Made by a program: the position numbers and the translations under genes. DNA of 64,000 bases, from contig OY970309.1 in NCBI GenBank assembly GCA_963716395.1, positions 1,344,001-1,408,000 on the forward strand. The letters are read 5' to 3'. The first letter of the stretch is position 1. The number at the start of each line of letters is the position of its first letter. Below the pieces are notes generated by a model. That model worked only from the letters and a program-made list of their open reading frames with translations, was not told the DNA's origin and ran no database searches. This stretch comes from an uncultured Fibrobacteria bacterium (GTDB lineage: Bacteria; Fibrobacterota; Fibrobacteria; UBA11236). This document shows, one piece after another, positions 38,565 to 48,900 of the stretch.

Positions 38565-41500
38565 ATGAGGATCGAAATTTGCCGATGGGTAGGGACGACG
38601 TTGGTGCTGGCGTGGGGGGCTTGGCCGGTTTGCGCCGCCGACGCGAATTTTGCCGGAGCGGAATGGAATCGTTTGGCGCCGCAGAAAGTCCTGGCGGCCG
38701 TGGCGAAGATCACGCCGGCACAATACCCGAATTGCGATGCCGTCCTGGTTGAGGAAAACAGCGTACGCGACTATAACACCGACGGCACGGGCGAAAGTCA
38801 GGACGAGTCGTTCACCAAGGTGCTCACCGAAAAGGGCAAACGCGAGAACCGCACGCTGTCGTTCTTTTTCATGCTGCCGTATTGGACGGTTTCGGTCGCA
38901 AAGTTGGAGGTGATTCCTCCGGACGGTACCCCGATTCCCGTGGACGTGCCGGCCAATTCCAAGGTGTCCATTGAAACCAGCCAGATGGCCATGAACATTT
39001 ACGATCCGAACGACAAAATTCTTCAGGTCAACATTCCGCAACTGGAAATCGGCGATGTGGTTCACCTCGTCGTGCGCCAGATCACTCACCGCTCGATCAT
39101 GCCCAATGAATTCGACGATGAAAACATCTTCGAAGGGACGGGCTTCATCCGGCATTGGTCCTACATCGTGCACGCGCCGGCCGGTTTGCCGCTGGTCCGC
39201 ATCGGTTTGCGCGATACCATTCCCGGAACCGTTGCCTATTCCACCCGAACCCAGGGCGATCACGTTCTTTATGATTGGGAAGTCAACCACGTGCCGCGCA
39301 TGTTCGACGAGCCCGATATGCCGCCCGATGATCAAGTGTTGCAACGCCTCTTCGTCAGCACGGTGCCGACGTGGCAGGACGTTTCCCAATGGTATTGGAA
39401 CCTAAGCCTGCCGCATCTGCAAAAGACGACGCCGGAGATGAAGAAAACCGTGGCCGCGTTGACGACGAACCAGCCGACCGACTTGGACAAGATCAAAGCG
39501 TTGTTTTATTACGTCTCCAACAACATCCGTTACATGGGCGTGACGCCGGAAACCAACCGGCCGGGATTCGAGCCGCATGACGTGAGCCTCACCTTCGACA
39601 AAAAGTACGGCGTTTGCCGCGACAAGGCAGGATTGCTGGTGGAAATGTTGCGATTGGCGGGCTTCCCGGCCTATCCCGTTTTGATCAACGTCGGCGCCAA
39701 ACGCGATCCGGGCGTGCCCCAGCCGTATTTCAACCACGCCATTGTCGGCGTGGAACTAAAACAAGGCCAGTACACGCTGATGGACCCGACGGACGAAAAC
39801 ACCCGCGCCTTATTGCCGTCCTACGATGGTAATCGCAGCTATCTGGTTTGCAAGCCGGACGGCGAAACGCTGCGCGTCAGTCCGGTGCCGCCGGTGGCCG
39901 AACACATGCTGCTTGTGAAAACCACCGGCGCGCTGGACGCCGACGGCCGGCTGCAGGCCGTCTCGGATTTTTCCTTCTTCGGCGTGAACGACGACGAATA
40001 TCGCAATGCCTTTGCGCAGATGAAGCCCGACGAACAGAAGCGCTTTTTTGAAGAGCGGCTCAAGGATGGAATTCCGGGACTGAAATTGGCTTCGTTTAAA
40101 ATCATTCCGAAAAATGTTCTCAACACCGAGGTACCGCTGCGCGTCGAGCTGAAATTCAGCGCCAGCGGCCTCACGGCCAACGGCGGCGGTAAATCCGTGG
40201 TCAGCCTGCCTTGGGTCGCCGGCGAGTTGGGCGTCGCCAACCGCATCCTCATCGGCGCGACGGGCCTGCGACAAAGAAAATATCCGCTCAACCCCCAGTT
40301 GACCTGCGGCGTGCGCGAGGACCTCTCCTTGAAATTGACCGGCGGATTCGGCGCGCCGCTGTCCATTCCCCGATTCGCCGCGGTCGACGACTCCGGCTTC
40401 GCTTACGACGAAAATGTCACCTTCACGCATGACACCCTGAACGGCTCGCGTGAATTTTTGCTGAAGAAAGTCGAATTTTCGCCCGCAGAATACCTCGAAC
40501 TCAAGCACACGCTCAAGCAGAAAGCTTATGATCGGCGCAAAAGTCTCATTCTGGCTCTCAAGGCAAACACTATCATGGAGGCGACGCCTGCGGCCAAACT
40601 CTCCGCCGAGCCTCCCGCGGAATCGGACGCCAGAATTCTCCAAAGCCAAAAGACGCTGGTTGTCCAAGACGCCCACACGGCGATTTATCACGTGAAATAT
40701 TCCAAATTGATTTTGACCTATAACGGAAAAATCAACGAATCCGAAGTGAAAATCCCGTATAATCCGGCGTGCGAAGCAGCGAAAATCCTACGTGCCGTCG
40801 TGATTTCTAAAAGCGGTCAACGCCAGACAATTTCCCCGGATGAAATCAACGTCATGGACCAGGAATGGAACGCGGGCGCCCAACGTTATACCGGCGGCAA
40901 GATACTCGTGGCCAGCCTGCCCGGTGTGGAAATCGGCTCGACCCTTGATGTGGAGTTCGCGATTACCATGCATGATATGCCCTATCTCTCCGATTTTGAA
41001 TCGTTTCAATTTCCCGATGCGCTGGACGAAAAATCGTTTGTATTGACCGCGCCCGCGGACGTGAAAATCGAGACGTGGGTCACCGGCTCCCCCGATGTCG
41101 TGACGGAACAGGAGAGTACCGCCAACGGTGTTCAGACCCTTGACTGGCGGGCCAAAAACGTCAAGGCGCTGCTGTCGGAACCGCAACTGCCGCCCCTGTG
41201 GGCGTACGACGCAGGCGTGGATTATTTTGTCGGCAATCCGAAGGCATATTGGCAGGCGGTGCAGGACACCCTGCTCGTGCGGGCGCAAAATTCGGTCCAG
41301 GCCGCGGCGCTTGCACAACGCTTGACCGCCGATGCCCACACCAAATTGGACGCGGTAAAAGCGATCCGCGATTTCATCGCCGAAAACATTCGCGATGCCG
41401 GCCCATCGTTCGCGACCTTGCCGCTGCGCGAACTTTCGGACGCCGACACGACGCTCGCCGACGGCTACGGCCACGCCGCCGACCGCGCCATTTTGTTCTA

Positions 41501-42407
41501 CGCCATGCTGCGCGCCACCGGTTTTCAGCCGCAAATTGTCATGGCATCGGGTTTGCCTCCCCTCTCCGACATCAAAAAAATCTCCCTCTCCTTCCCGCTG
41601 CCGGACGATTTTCAAACGCCGCTGGTGAGAGTCGCCGTGGACGGCGCCGATTATTATCTGAACGACGGCGATCAATACGCGCAGTTGGGCACCACCGCTT
41701 TTAACGACAATCTTGGCCTGGCGCTGCCCGGCCAAAAACAAATGACCATTCAGGCCGCTAAAAATTGCGAGAACAAAACCGAGACCGATTACGCCGTCTC
41801 ACTTTCAGCCGATGGCAAGGCGAAGATCAAAATTTCCACGCGCTATTACGGCGAGGCTTACAACCAAAAGCACAAGTTTTTCGCGGAACTGCCCCCGGAG
41901 GAACGAAACCATTATTTTCAGGAGGCCGTGTCGGACGTGGCGCAAGGCGCCCAAGCTGTCGGCGAACTGACGACAAAATTCGATCAGTACCCCGGCCTGG
42001 AGGAATTCACCGTGGAACAAGATGACTACGGCGTCGCCAGTGGAAAATATTTTTACTTCGGTCTGCCGTTCACGCCTCCATTTTTTGCGACCGCCGCCGA
42101 CCAACGCTCGCTGCCTTTGTTCCTCTCCGACGAAACGGAAAGAATCGTCCGCGCGAAAATTGATCTCCCCGCCGGCTTCCGTCCCACCGACATCGCCCCA
42201 AGGAGCAAACGCTACACCGCGCCGGGTGGCTCGTGGATTGACGTCACCAACACCAGGGCGGACGGCCAATACCTCGTCGCGGAAAAATTTGCCGCCACTC
42301 CGGCCATCATCGCACCGCAGGATTATCCAAAGTTGCTCGACATCCAATCGGCATTGGGCCAGAAATCGGAAGGCACCTTTCTCTTGGAGCGGGGCCCCAC
42401 GAATTGA
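38565..42407 (+). CDS. Exported tandem DUF3857/transglutaminase-like protein
   Basis: Two DUF3857-TGase modules. The first has GVCRDKA/FNHAI/LMDPT (C-H-D triad); the second has GHAADRA (no Cys). Confidence 0.88.
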   Translation: MRIEICRWVGTTLVLAWGAWPVCAADANFAGAEWNRLAPQKVLAAVAKITPAQYPNCDAVLVEENSVRDYNTDGTGESQDESFTKVLTEKGKRENRTLSFFFMLPYWTVSVAKLEVIPPDGTPIPVDVPANSKVSIETSQMAMNIYDPNDKILQVNIPQLEIGDVVHLVVRQITHRSIMPNEFDDENIFEGTGFIRHWSYIVHAPAGLPLVRIGLRDTIPGTVAYSTRTQGDHVLYDWEVNHVPRMFDEPDMPPDDQVLQRLFVSTVPTWQDVSQWYWNLSLPHLQKTTPEMKKTVAALTTNQPTDLDKIKALFYYVSNNIRYMGVTPETNRPGFEPHDVSLTFDKKYGVCRDKAGLLVEMLRLAGFPAYPVLINVGAKRDPGVPQPYFNHAIVGVELKQGQYTLMDPTDENTRALLPSYDGNRSYLVCKPDGETLRVSPVPPVAEHMLLVKTTGALDADGRLQAVSDFSFFGVNDDEYRNAFAQMKPDEQKRFFEERLKDGIPGLKLASFKIIPKNVLNTEVPLRVELKFSASGLTANGGGKSVVSLPWVAGELGVANRILIGATGLRQRKYPLNPQLTCGVREDLSLKLTGGFGAPLSIPRFAAVDDSGFAYDENVTFTHDTLNGSREFLLKKVEFSPAEYLELKHTLKQKAYDRRKSLILALKANTIMEATPAAKLSAEPPAESDARILQSQKTLVVQDAHTAIYHVKYSKLILTYNGKINESEVKIPYNPACEAAKILRAVVISKSGQRQTISPDEINVMDQEWNAGAQRYTGGKILVASLPGVEIGSTLDVEFAITMHDMPYLSDFESFQFPDALDEKSFVLTAPADVKIETWVTGSPDVVTEQESTANGVQTLDWRAKNVKALLSEPQLPPLWAYDAGVDYFVGNPKAYWQAVQDTLLVRAQNSVQAAALAQRLTADAHTKLDAVKAIRDFIAENIRDAGPSFATLPLRELSDADTTLADGYGHAADRAILFYAMLRATGFQPQIVMASGLPPLSDIKKISLSFPLPDDFQTPLVRVAVDGADYYLNDGDQYAQLGTTAFNDNLGLALPGQKQMTIQAAKNCENKTETDYAVSLSADGKAKIKISTRYYGEAYNQKHKFFAELPPEERNHYFQEAVSDVAQGAQAVGELTTKFDQYPGLEEFTVEQDDYGVASGKYFYFGLPFTPPFFATAADQRSLPLFLSDETERIVRAKIDLPAGFRPTDIAPRSKRYTAPGGSWIDVTNTRADGQYLVAEKFAATPAIIAPQDYPKLLDIQSALGQKSEGTFLLERGPTN

Positions 42408-42572
42408 AAAGCAGGGGGGAAATTCGAATCTGTTTTCAGTTCAACCACCTGCGCCCTCAGAGGTGGGCCCACAGCCATAGGTTGACAGCGCAGCCATGAA
42501 CGCGTCCCGTGCCGCAGCCCCGTGCATCACCGGATCACCCCGACGAAAGCAAAGCAAAAGTTACCGATGCTC

Positions 42573-42911
42573 TCATTCAGAGCCGGCTGGCCGGGTGGTA
42601 TTGAAGCTGTAGCTGGCCACGGTTCCTTTGTCGTTGAAAACAATTTTCAAGTCATCCGCTTCCGCCTGGCCGAACAAAGAAATGTGGTAGTAGCCGAAGG
42701 TCCAACTGGTTTCGCCGTCCTCGATTCCGGTTCTCCAGGGATTGCCGAAAGCGGCCTGTATCTCCTGGCGGGTGGTCTGACCGATTTTGATTTTCTGCAC
42801 GGCCTGGCTGGGAACGGGTTTTCCCACCGTGGCGCAACCGGCCAGGATTCCTCCGGCCAGAGCGATTGGAAGGAGCCGAAGTTTCACTTTTCTCTTGCGC
42901 ATGATTTCCAC
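42573..42911 (-). CDS. BamE/SmpA-like outer-membrane lipoprotein
   Basis: Lipobox LAGC; IKIGQTTRQEI..AFGNP; W-x-F-x-Y; LKIVFNDKGTV. Start 42911 or a few codons later. Confidence 0.85.
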   Translation of the reverse strand: MEIMRKRKVKLRLLPIALAGGILAGCATVGKPVPSQAVQKIKIGQTTRQEIQAAFGNPWRTGIEDGETSWTFGYYHISLFGQAEADDLKIVFNDKGTVASYSFNTTRPAGSE

Positions 42912-42970
42912 CTTCCGGAGCTGATGGTGATCCCCGGCCCTCGCGTCGATTGCCGGTATACCTTCCTAAG

Positions 42971-43401
42971 TTAAGAAAGGGCGGTGGCGGACAGCGCAAA
43001 CGAAAACACATACGCCTGGCTTGGATGCGCCGGCGGAATATACTTGGCGGCACCGAGCGCCAGCATCAGTATCAAGAAGATGCCGAAAAAGAACATCGCG
43101 ATTCCGTACCCGGTCCTTTGCCGAAACGTTTGGCCAATTCGATACTGACTTTAAATCCAATGACGAAGTTCACAATCGGAATGAAGCACAGAATCAGCCA
43201 CCAAATAGGCTTGCCGCATATTTCAAGAATGACAATCACGTTGTATATGGGAATGATTGACGCCCATCCCGGTTTACCCGCCTTGAGGAATAGCTTCCAG
43301 CAGACCAAAATGTAAAAAGCCACCACCATAAACCAGACGAATGCCGTCGTCACAATACCGCCAGTCGACATGTTGCCCGAGGTTGAGCAATCCCAATGCA
43401 T
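42971..43401 (-). pseudogene. DUF5684-like membrane protein with a 1-nt deletion near 43110
   Basis: WKLFLKAGKPGWASIIPIYN...LAKRFGKGP continues as (G)YGIAMFFFGIFLILMLALG only if one G is added to the GGG run. The span is 431 nt (3n+2). Confidence 0.8.
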
Positions 43402-43497
43402 TTCGAATTCCTCTTTTGATTTTGATGAAACCGATCCGAATCAAAATTGCATTCCCATCCGGGCGCCATGGTTGCGATTCCATGCGGATAGGGGTTT

Positions 43498-43513
43498 TGT
43501 GATGATTATCACA
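43498..43513. promoter_or_regulatory. CRP-type binding site
   Basis: Perfect TGTGA-tgatta-TCACA in intergenic DNA, 97 nt upstream of the 43401 start. Confidence 0.65.
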
Positions 43514-43698
43514 TGTCGGCGGAATGCTTCCTAACTTGCGGATGGTTGCAAACTTAAAATCGTGGATCTGGGATTCGGACTTTCATGGCGAAAGAGGGCT
43601 CCTGCCATTTTGGATGGCCATCACCTAGTTTTGCGGAAGATTCAATGCCAAGCGACAAAGAGCCTCCACAAGCCGCGGTGGAAGGTTGAACGGCTCTT

Positions 43699-43843
43699 TC
43701 AGATCCGCTGGCCGAACAAGCCTATCAATCCGATGACGATGAGATATAAGGCAACGATGTAACTCAGCAGCCTGGGCATGACCAGAACTGAGAACCCCGG
43801 CGATCAAGGCCAGAATGGGTTCGAAGAGGATGTGAACAGTCAT
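43699..43843 (-). pseudogene. DUF3096-like small membrane protein with a 1-nt insertion near 43789
   Basis: AAGGAG RBS; MTVHILFEPILALIAGVL + (I/V)LVMPRLLSYIVALYLIVIGLIGLFGQRI*. The span is 145 nt (3n+1). Confidence 0.8.
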
Positions 43844-43974
43844 AGTTGCTCCTTTCGTAACGTCTGCTCGCTGGAACATCTTTCAAGATACAATCCGTTC
43901 CGGAGGGTGGATAGCCGGAGCATTTCCCACTAATGCGTGGCGCGAATTCCCATTCGGCAACAGGTTCTATATCA

Positions 43975-45932
43975 CTAAAACGTCTGGGCCAAATCGATGA
44001 CCCACGCATCGGGCCAGTTGCCGTTACCGGGCGCGCCGTAGGCCATATGAGTCGGAAATTGAAAATGCCGAGCAGGGGGTAGCGCAAGCCGATGCCGTAA
44101 GCTTTGCCCTGGCCGTGGGTTTGCGTCGAAAAAGAAAAACCGTCTTCGACGTTCCACACTTTGCCGAAATCGTAGAAGGGCACGACTTCAAGTGGAATCA
44201 AGGCCTTCAGGAACGTGCGCGGGTTGATGAAGCCGAAGTCGAACAGCACGATGCGCAATTCGTAGGAAGTCAGGAAATACGCTGCTTCCAGGTGATCGGT
44301 GGAGCAGAACCCGGCTGTGTCGACTTCGGGGCACAGGCTTTGGAAGCCGTAGCTGCGCACACTGCGGCTGCCGCCGAGAAAGAAACGCTCGGAGTTGGTT
44401 CCGCCTTCGCCGAAGAAGCGGCCGCCGGAAAGCCGCACCGCGAATTTGATCTGGCGTAGCGGCGGGTAATAGTAATAGTCTGAACTTTGCACTTCGAACC
44501 AGTTGTGGCGTAGGCGCGTCAGCGCCAGATCCCCGTCTTCGACCAGCGGTCCACCGTTGCCCCAGATGAAGGCGTAGCGCAGGCCGCGCGTCGGGTCCAT
44601 CGGCTGATCGACGAAGCTGATCGTCGCGGTTTGGATGAAGTTGAGGTCCAGCGCGCGCGTGCGGCCGACGCCCATCATCTGGCTTTCGGCGCCCGTTTCC
44701 GCATCGCTGATGAGCCGCAGCCAATACGACCACGGCCAGCTCAGGCGCGCGCTGTTGGTGGCGGTGAAATCGCCTCCGAACAGCCCTTGCGAATTCGGCA
44801 CCGGCGGAGCCTGATACCAGTTCACGTCGAGATCATTGTTGAAACGGATGATGGATCCGAAAAGAAGCGGCAGGGTGATGCCGCCGTAAAGCCTTTGCCG
44901 ATCCGTGCTCAGCGACACTTCGGAGCGCAGTTGGTTCAGCGTGCCCGCCACATTGTCATAGTCGGCGTCGAAGGAAACGCCAGCCCCGTATTGCGAGTCC
45001 CAGAAAAGCGATGAGCGCAGATGTCCCGGAACGTGCTCCTCGCCCTCGAGCAGAAACGCGCTGCCGTGTTCCGGCCCCGGCATCAGGCTGTCCTTGATGC
45101 GCACGAAATCGAACACGCCGGTGGATTGCAATTTTTCGATTAGCGGAGCATTCGGCGAAATTCGCACCGTGTCGCCTTTCCGGTACGGCACCAACGATCG
45201 GAGCAAACCGTGGCGCGTGATGCCCGGCAGCGAATCGTCGGGCGGGGCGCGCCGGTTGTGAATAAAAGTCGTGTCATATATCACGGGAAGAAACGGGTCC
45301 ACGGAATACGACACCTTCACCGTTTTGGAATCGGGTTTCACCGCCACTTTGTCGTCGACCTTGACGTGCACGAAACCCGCGTCGCCGTAATTGCGAATAA
45401 GCCGCCGTCGGTCCTTGAACAAATCGTTTTCCTGGTAGGGCTTGCCCGCCTCGGCGTTGAGCTCCCCGGGTTTCACCACCAGGGCAAGCGGCGTTTTGCC
45501 CGCCGGTTTCGCGTTCATCGTGTCGGCGCATACGCTGTCCACCGGCAACGTGGTGGAATCCCCGCCCGGCGGAGCGGCGCTGTCGCGCACGATCACGATG
45601 CACACGGTGTCGAACAGGTAGCGCTTTCCCTCGTCGAGGGTGAGGCGGCATTTCCAATCCTTGGGTCCGGAGCCCTGCGTCATGTCGAGATCGACATGCG
45701 CGTCGAAGAAGCCATTCTGCCGGTACAGATCCGTGACGTTGAAGACCGCGTCGTCTTTCCACCCGTTGAGGCCGTCGCCATCGAACTTTTCGGGATCGGT
45801 GGGCAGCGCGTCCTTGATTTTCCAGCCGCCGAAAAAATGGTTCCCGGTGATCTCCACGCGGATGCCGCCCAACGCCAGCGCGGCGGATGCCAGCACCGCG
45901 AACGCCGCCCGGGAAAAGTTTTTCGGCTTCAT
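43975..45932 (-). CDS. Omp85-family TamA/BamA-like protein (apparent 1-nt deletion near 44048)
   Basis: POTRA-like YRQNGFF/YGDAGF; RFFLGGSRSVRSY lid motif; FYDFG; GIGLRY. The terminal strands MAYG...WVIDLAQTF* are in a shifted frame. ATGA overlap with the upstream gene. Confidence 0.85.
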
Positions 45933-48900
45933 TGCGTCGAATCCGCGGCAACCGGTTTTTTCGCGCCCGGGTTTCCGGCCGGCCGTTTTTTCGTCCACGG
46001 GCTTCCCCAAAAGTCGAAGTTGTAATTGAGACCGAAACGAAAGCCCACCTGCTGCTGGTTCTGCTGGACATTGCCCGCGGTGTCGGTGTACAGCGTCGCG
46101 TCGGTGCTGATGTTGTTCTTCACGCGGCGTTTCCATTCCGAATTGCGGACATAGCGTTCCAGCGGCGGCCGCCAAATCACCGAGACCAGATACGCCCAGG
46201 GATTGTTGGTTTCGGTTTCGTTTGGCCGGTAATACGATCGCAGCCGCAGGCGCGTGCGCCAGAATTCCTTGCTGTCCACTTCAAGCGAAACGGCTTCGTT
46301 GGCCGTGCCCGTATCCGCGGCGGTTTGCTTGCCCGACGACAGCGCCCCGAGTCCGCTGATTTGCGTCTGGGCAATCCAATGGCCCGACAGGCGGCCCGCC
46401 GCTTCGGAGAGATAATCGCTGGCCAAAGGCTCCAGCAGCGCCAACGCCTGCTCCTGATAAGAGGTTCTCGTAGCGCTGGTGGCGAATGCGGTGGAGTAGC
46501 ACCCGCGCCGCACCGAATAGATGAGGGCCGCCACGTCGGCGCCCGATCCGTAAGCTCCGCCGCAGTCGGTGTCGTAAGAGAATTGCACCTGCGAAAGCTG
46601 GCCGCTCAACTTGCTGATGACGGTGCATGAATCCGTGGTGCCGGCTTCGCAGTTGCGCGCCAGCTTTTTCGTGGCTTCCATGTCCACTTCGCCTTCTTCG
46701 AGCGTGGAGTTGAGCCACTTCACTTCGAGCCGGGTGATGTCGTACGACTGCCCTTTCGCGCCCAGTTCTCCCTGCGTGGAATTGATGCGGCCGTCGACAA
46801 GGGCGTACGGGTAAACCCCCCTCATGGAAAAGTTGCCGACATAGGTCATCCGGAAAATGTCGGTTTCGATTTTGTTGCCCGAGCCCGAAGTTTCGACGTT
46901 GATTTGCATTTGCATGGGGCGGCGCGCGCGGCTGCGCGTGGCGCGGCTGCGCTTGAACAAGTTTTGCAGCGCCTCGAAACTCTGGAGCTTGTAGCGGATG
47001 GTGGAGCTGTCCAGCGTCGCGATAACCTTGAGCAACGGTTGCACGTCGTCCGGGCCGTTGGCCGCAGGCTTTCCGGCCGGCGCACGGTAAAAAACCGCGA
47101 GCCGGGAAAAATCCGCGGCCACGCGCAGCGGAGGCTGAACATGCTCCGCCGAACCCGCGCCGACATGGGCCTGCAGGGTGATGAGGTTCGAGTCGGCCTT
47201 GACGTCGACGCCCAGATTGCGTAGTTGCACCTTGTCGTCGGGGCCGAGTTGCGCGATAAAGCCTCCGCCCTCGACGTGCGCCGACAGAACGCGCGCGCCG
47301 GTCAGGCCGTACTCGACGCGGCCGTTCAAATCGCCGGTGCGGCCCTTCAGCGAAAGGGCGGGAACTTTGAGCCGTCCGTCCCGGATTTTCATCGGTCCGG
47401 AAAAAGTTTCGGTGTCGAGGCCGGGAATGGCGTATTGACCTTGCAAGGTGTCCATTTGCAGCACGAGGCTTTTCAGCCCATCCTTGAAGGTCATGCCGAT
47501 TCCGGCGCGCGCGCGCAGATTCAGGATCTCGCCGGTTTTTCCCGGCAACGCGCCGCCGCCTTTCACATCCAACTCGCCCTGCACGTCCTGGAACGCGTGC
47601 ATGCGGGACGTGAAGCGGATGAAAAGGGATTGGCCCGCTTCGACGCGCACGGCCAGGGATTGATTCGGGGACAGCACGCCGCCCAGCGCGATCACGGCGG
47701 AATCGTCGAAGAGGGGTTCTTTCTTGGATACGGTAACCGCGGTGATGACCAGTGAATCTCCGGTGCCTGCGAGCGAAAGCGCGTGGATCGAGGCCATGTC
47801 TGCGGTGGCCGCCGGTTGCACGTTGCGGAAGCGGTATGCGCCATGAAAGCCCGCGGAATCGGAGTAGGAGAGGCGGCCGTCGACCACGCCGCTAAGCAAG
47901 GGAGGGTTCGGCAGCACGATGCGCAGCGCCTTGGCCAGATCGAATTGATTCGCTTCGAGATAAACCAGCCGGTAATCCTTGCGGCTGAGCTTCGTCACTT
48001 CGTAGAAAGGCCGGCCTTCCAGTTTGAGCGCGAGCCCGGCGCGTAAGGATGCGCCACCGATTGACGCAATGAGTTCGGGCACTTCCAATGCGTCTTTGTT
48101 CCAATGCGCCCGGGTTTTGAAGTCCGCTTTTTCCTTGTCGTACACGCCGGCCAAATCGACATCGGCCGCACCGGTTTGCGCCGCGCGATCCCATTGGAAG
48201 TCCAGCGTGAGGCGGGGATGGTAGGCAGCCAGTTTTTTCAAACCCCGGTACGGCAGCTTCTCCGGCATCAACCGCGTGATGCGGGCCTTCAGCAATCCGG
48301 CCTTCGGCATGTCGGCCTGCACCGAACCGAAAGCCGGATTCCAGAGGCGCAAGGTGGCCGATGTTCCAGTCTTGCCCGTTTGCAATCGACCGGCCAATTG
48401 CCAGGTGGTTTTTCCGGAGCGCAAAAAAGACGGCTCGAGTTCGTACGCCGAGTTTCGGGAGCGCAAAATGAGATGCAGCGAATCGGCCGCCGCGCCATAA
48501 GCCGTGAGGCCGCCGGCGTCAAGGGTTGCGTTCAAGGCATTGTTCTCCACGCGGCCGTTCGTGATCAGGGAGCGGAAAGCGACGTTGGTGTCGCAGAAGG
48601 CGCGCACCCACCGCTCCGCGGGGACCACGCGCGCCGAGAAAGCGCCTGCCCAGCCCCGGCCGGCTTTGTTGCGCAGGTCGGCGAAGATGCGCGAACCGTC
48701 GCCGGTGGTGATTTTCACGTCCGCCGCATTGGGATTGAACTGCGGCGCATTCACTTCGGCATCGCCCGCGATCTTGCGGCCGTCCACGACCAGCGGAATG
48801 CCGTGCACATGCCCGCTCAGGGTACCTTTCACGTGATGGAATAGCCAGCCCGGGTTTTTCAACGAGTCGGCGGCCGTTGCATGTAGGTTACCCTGGAAAC

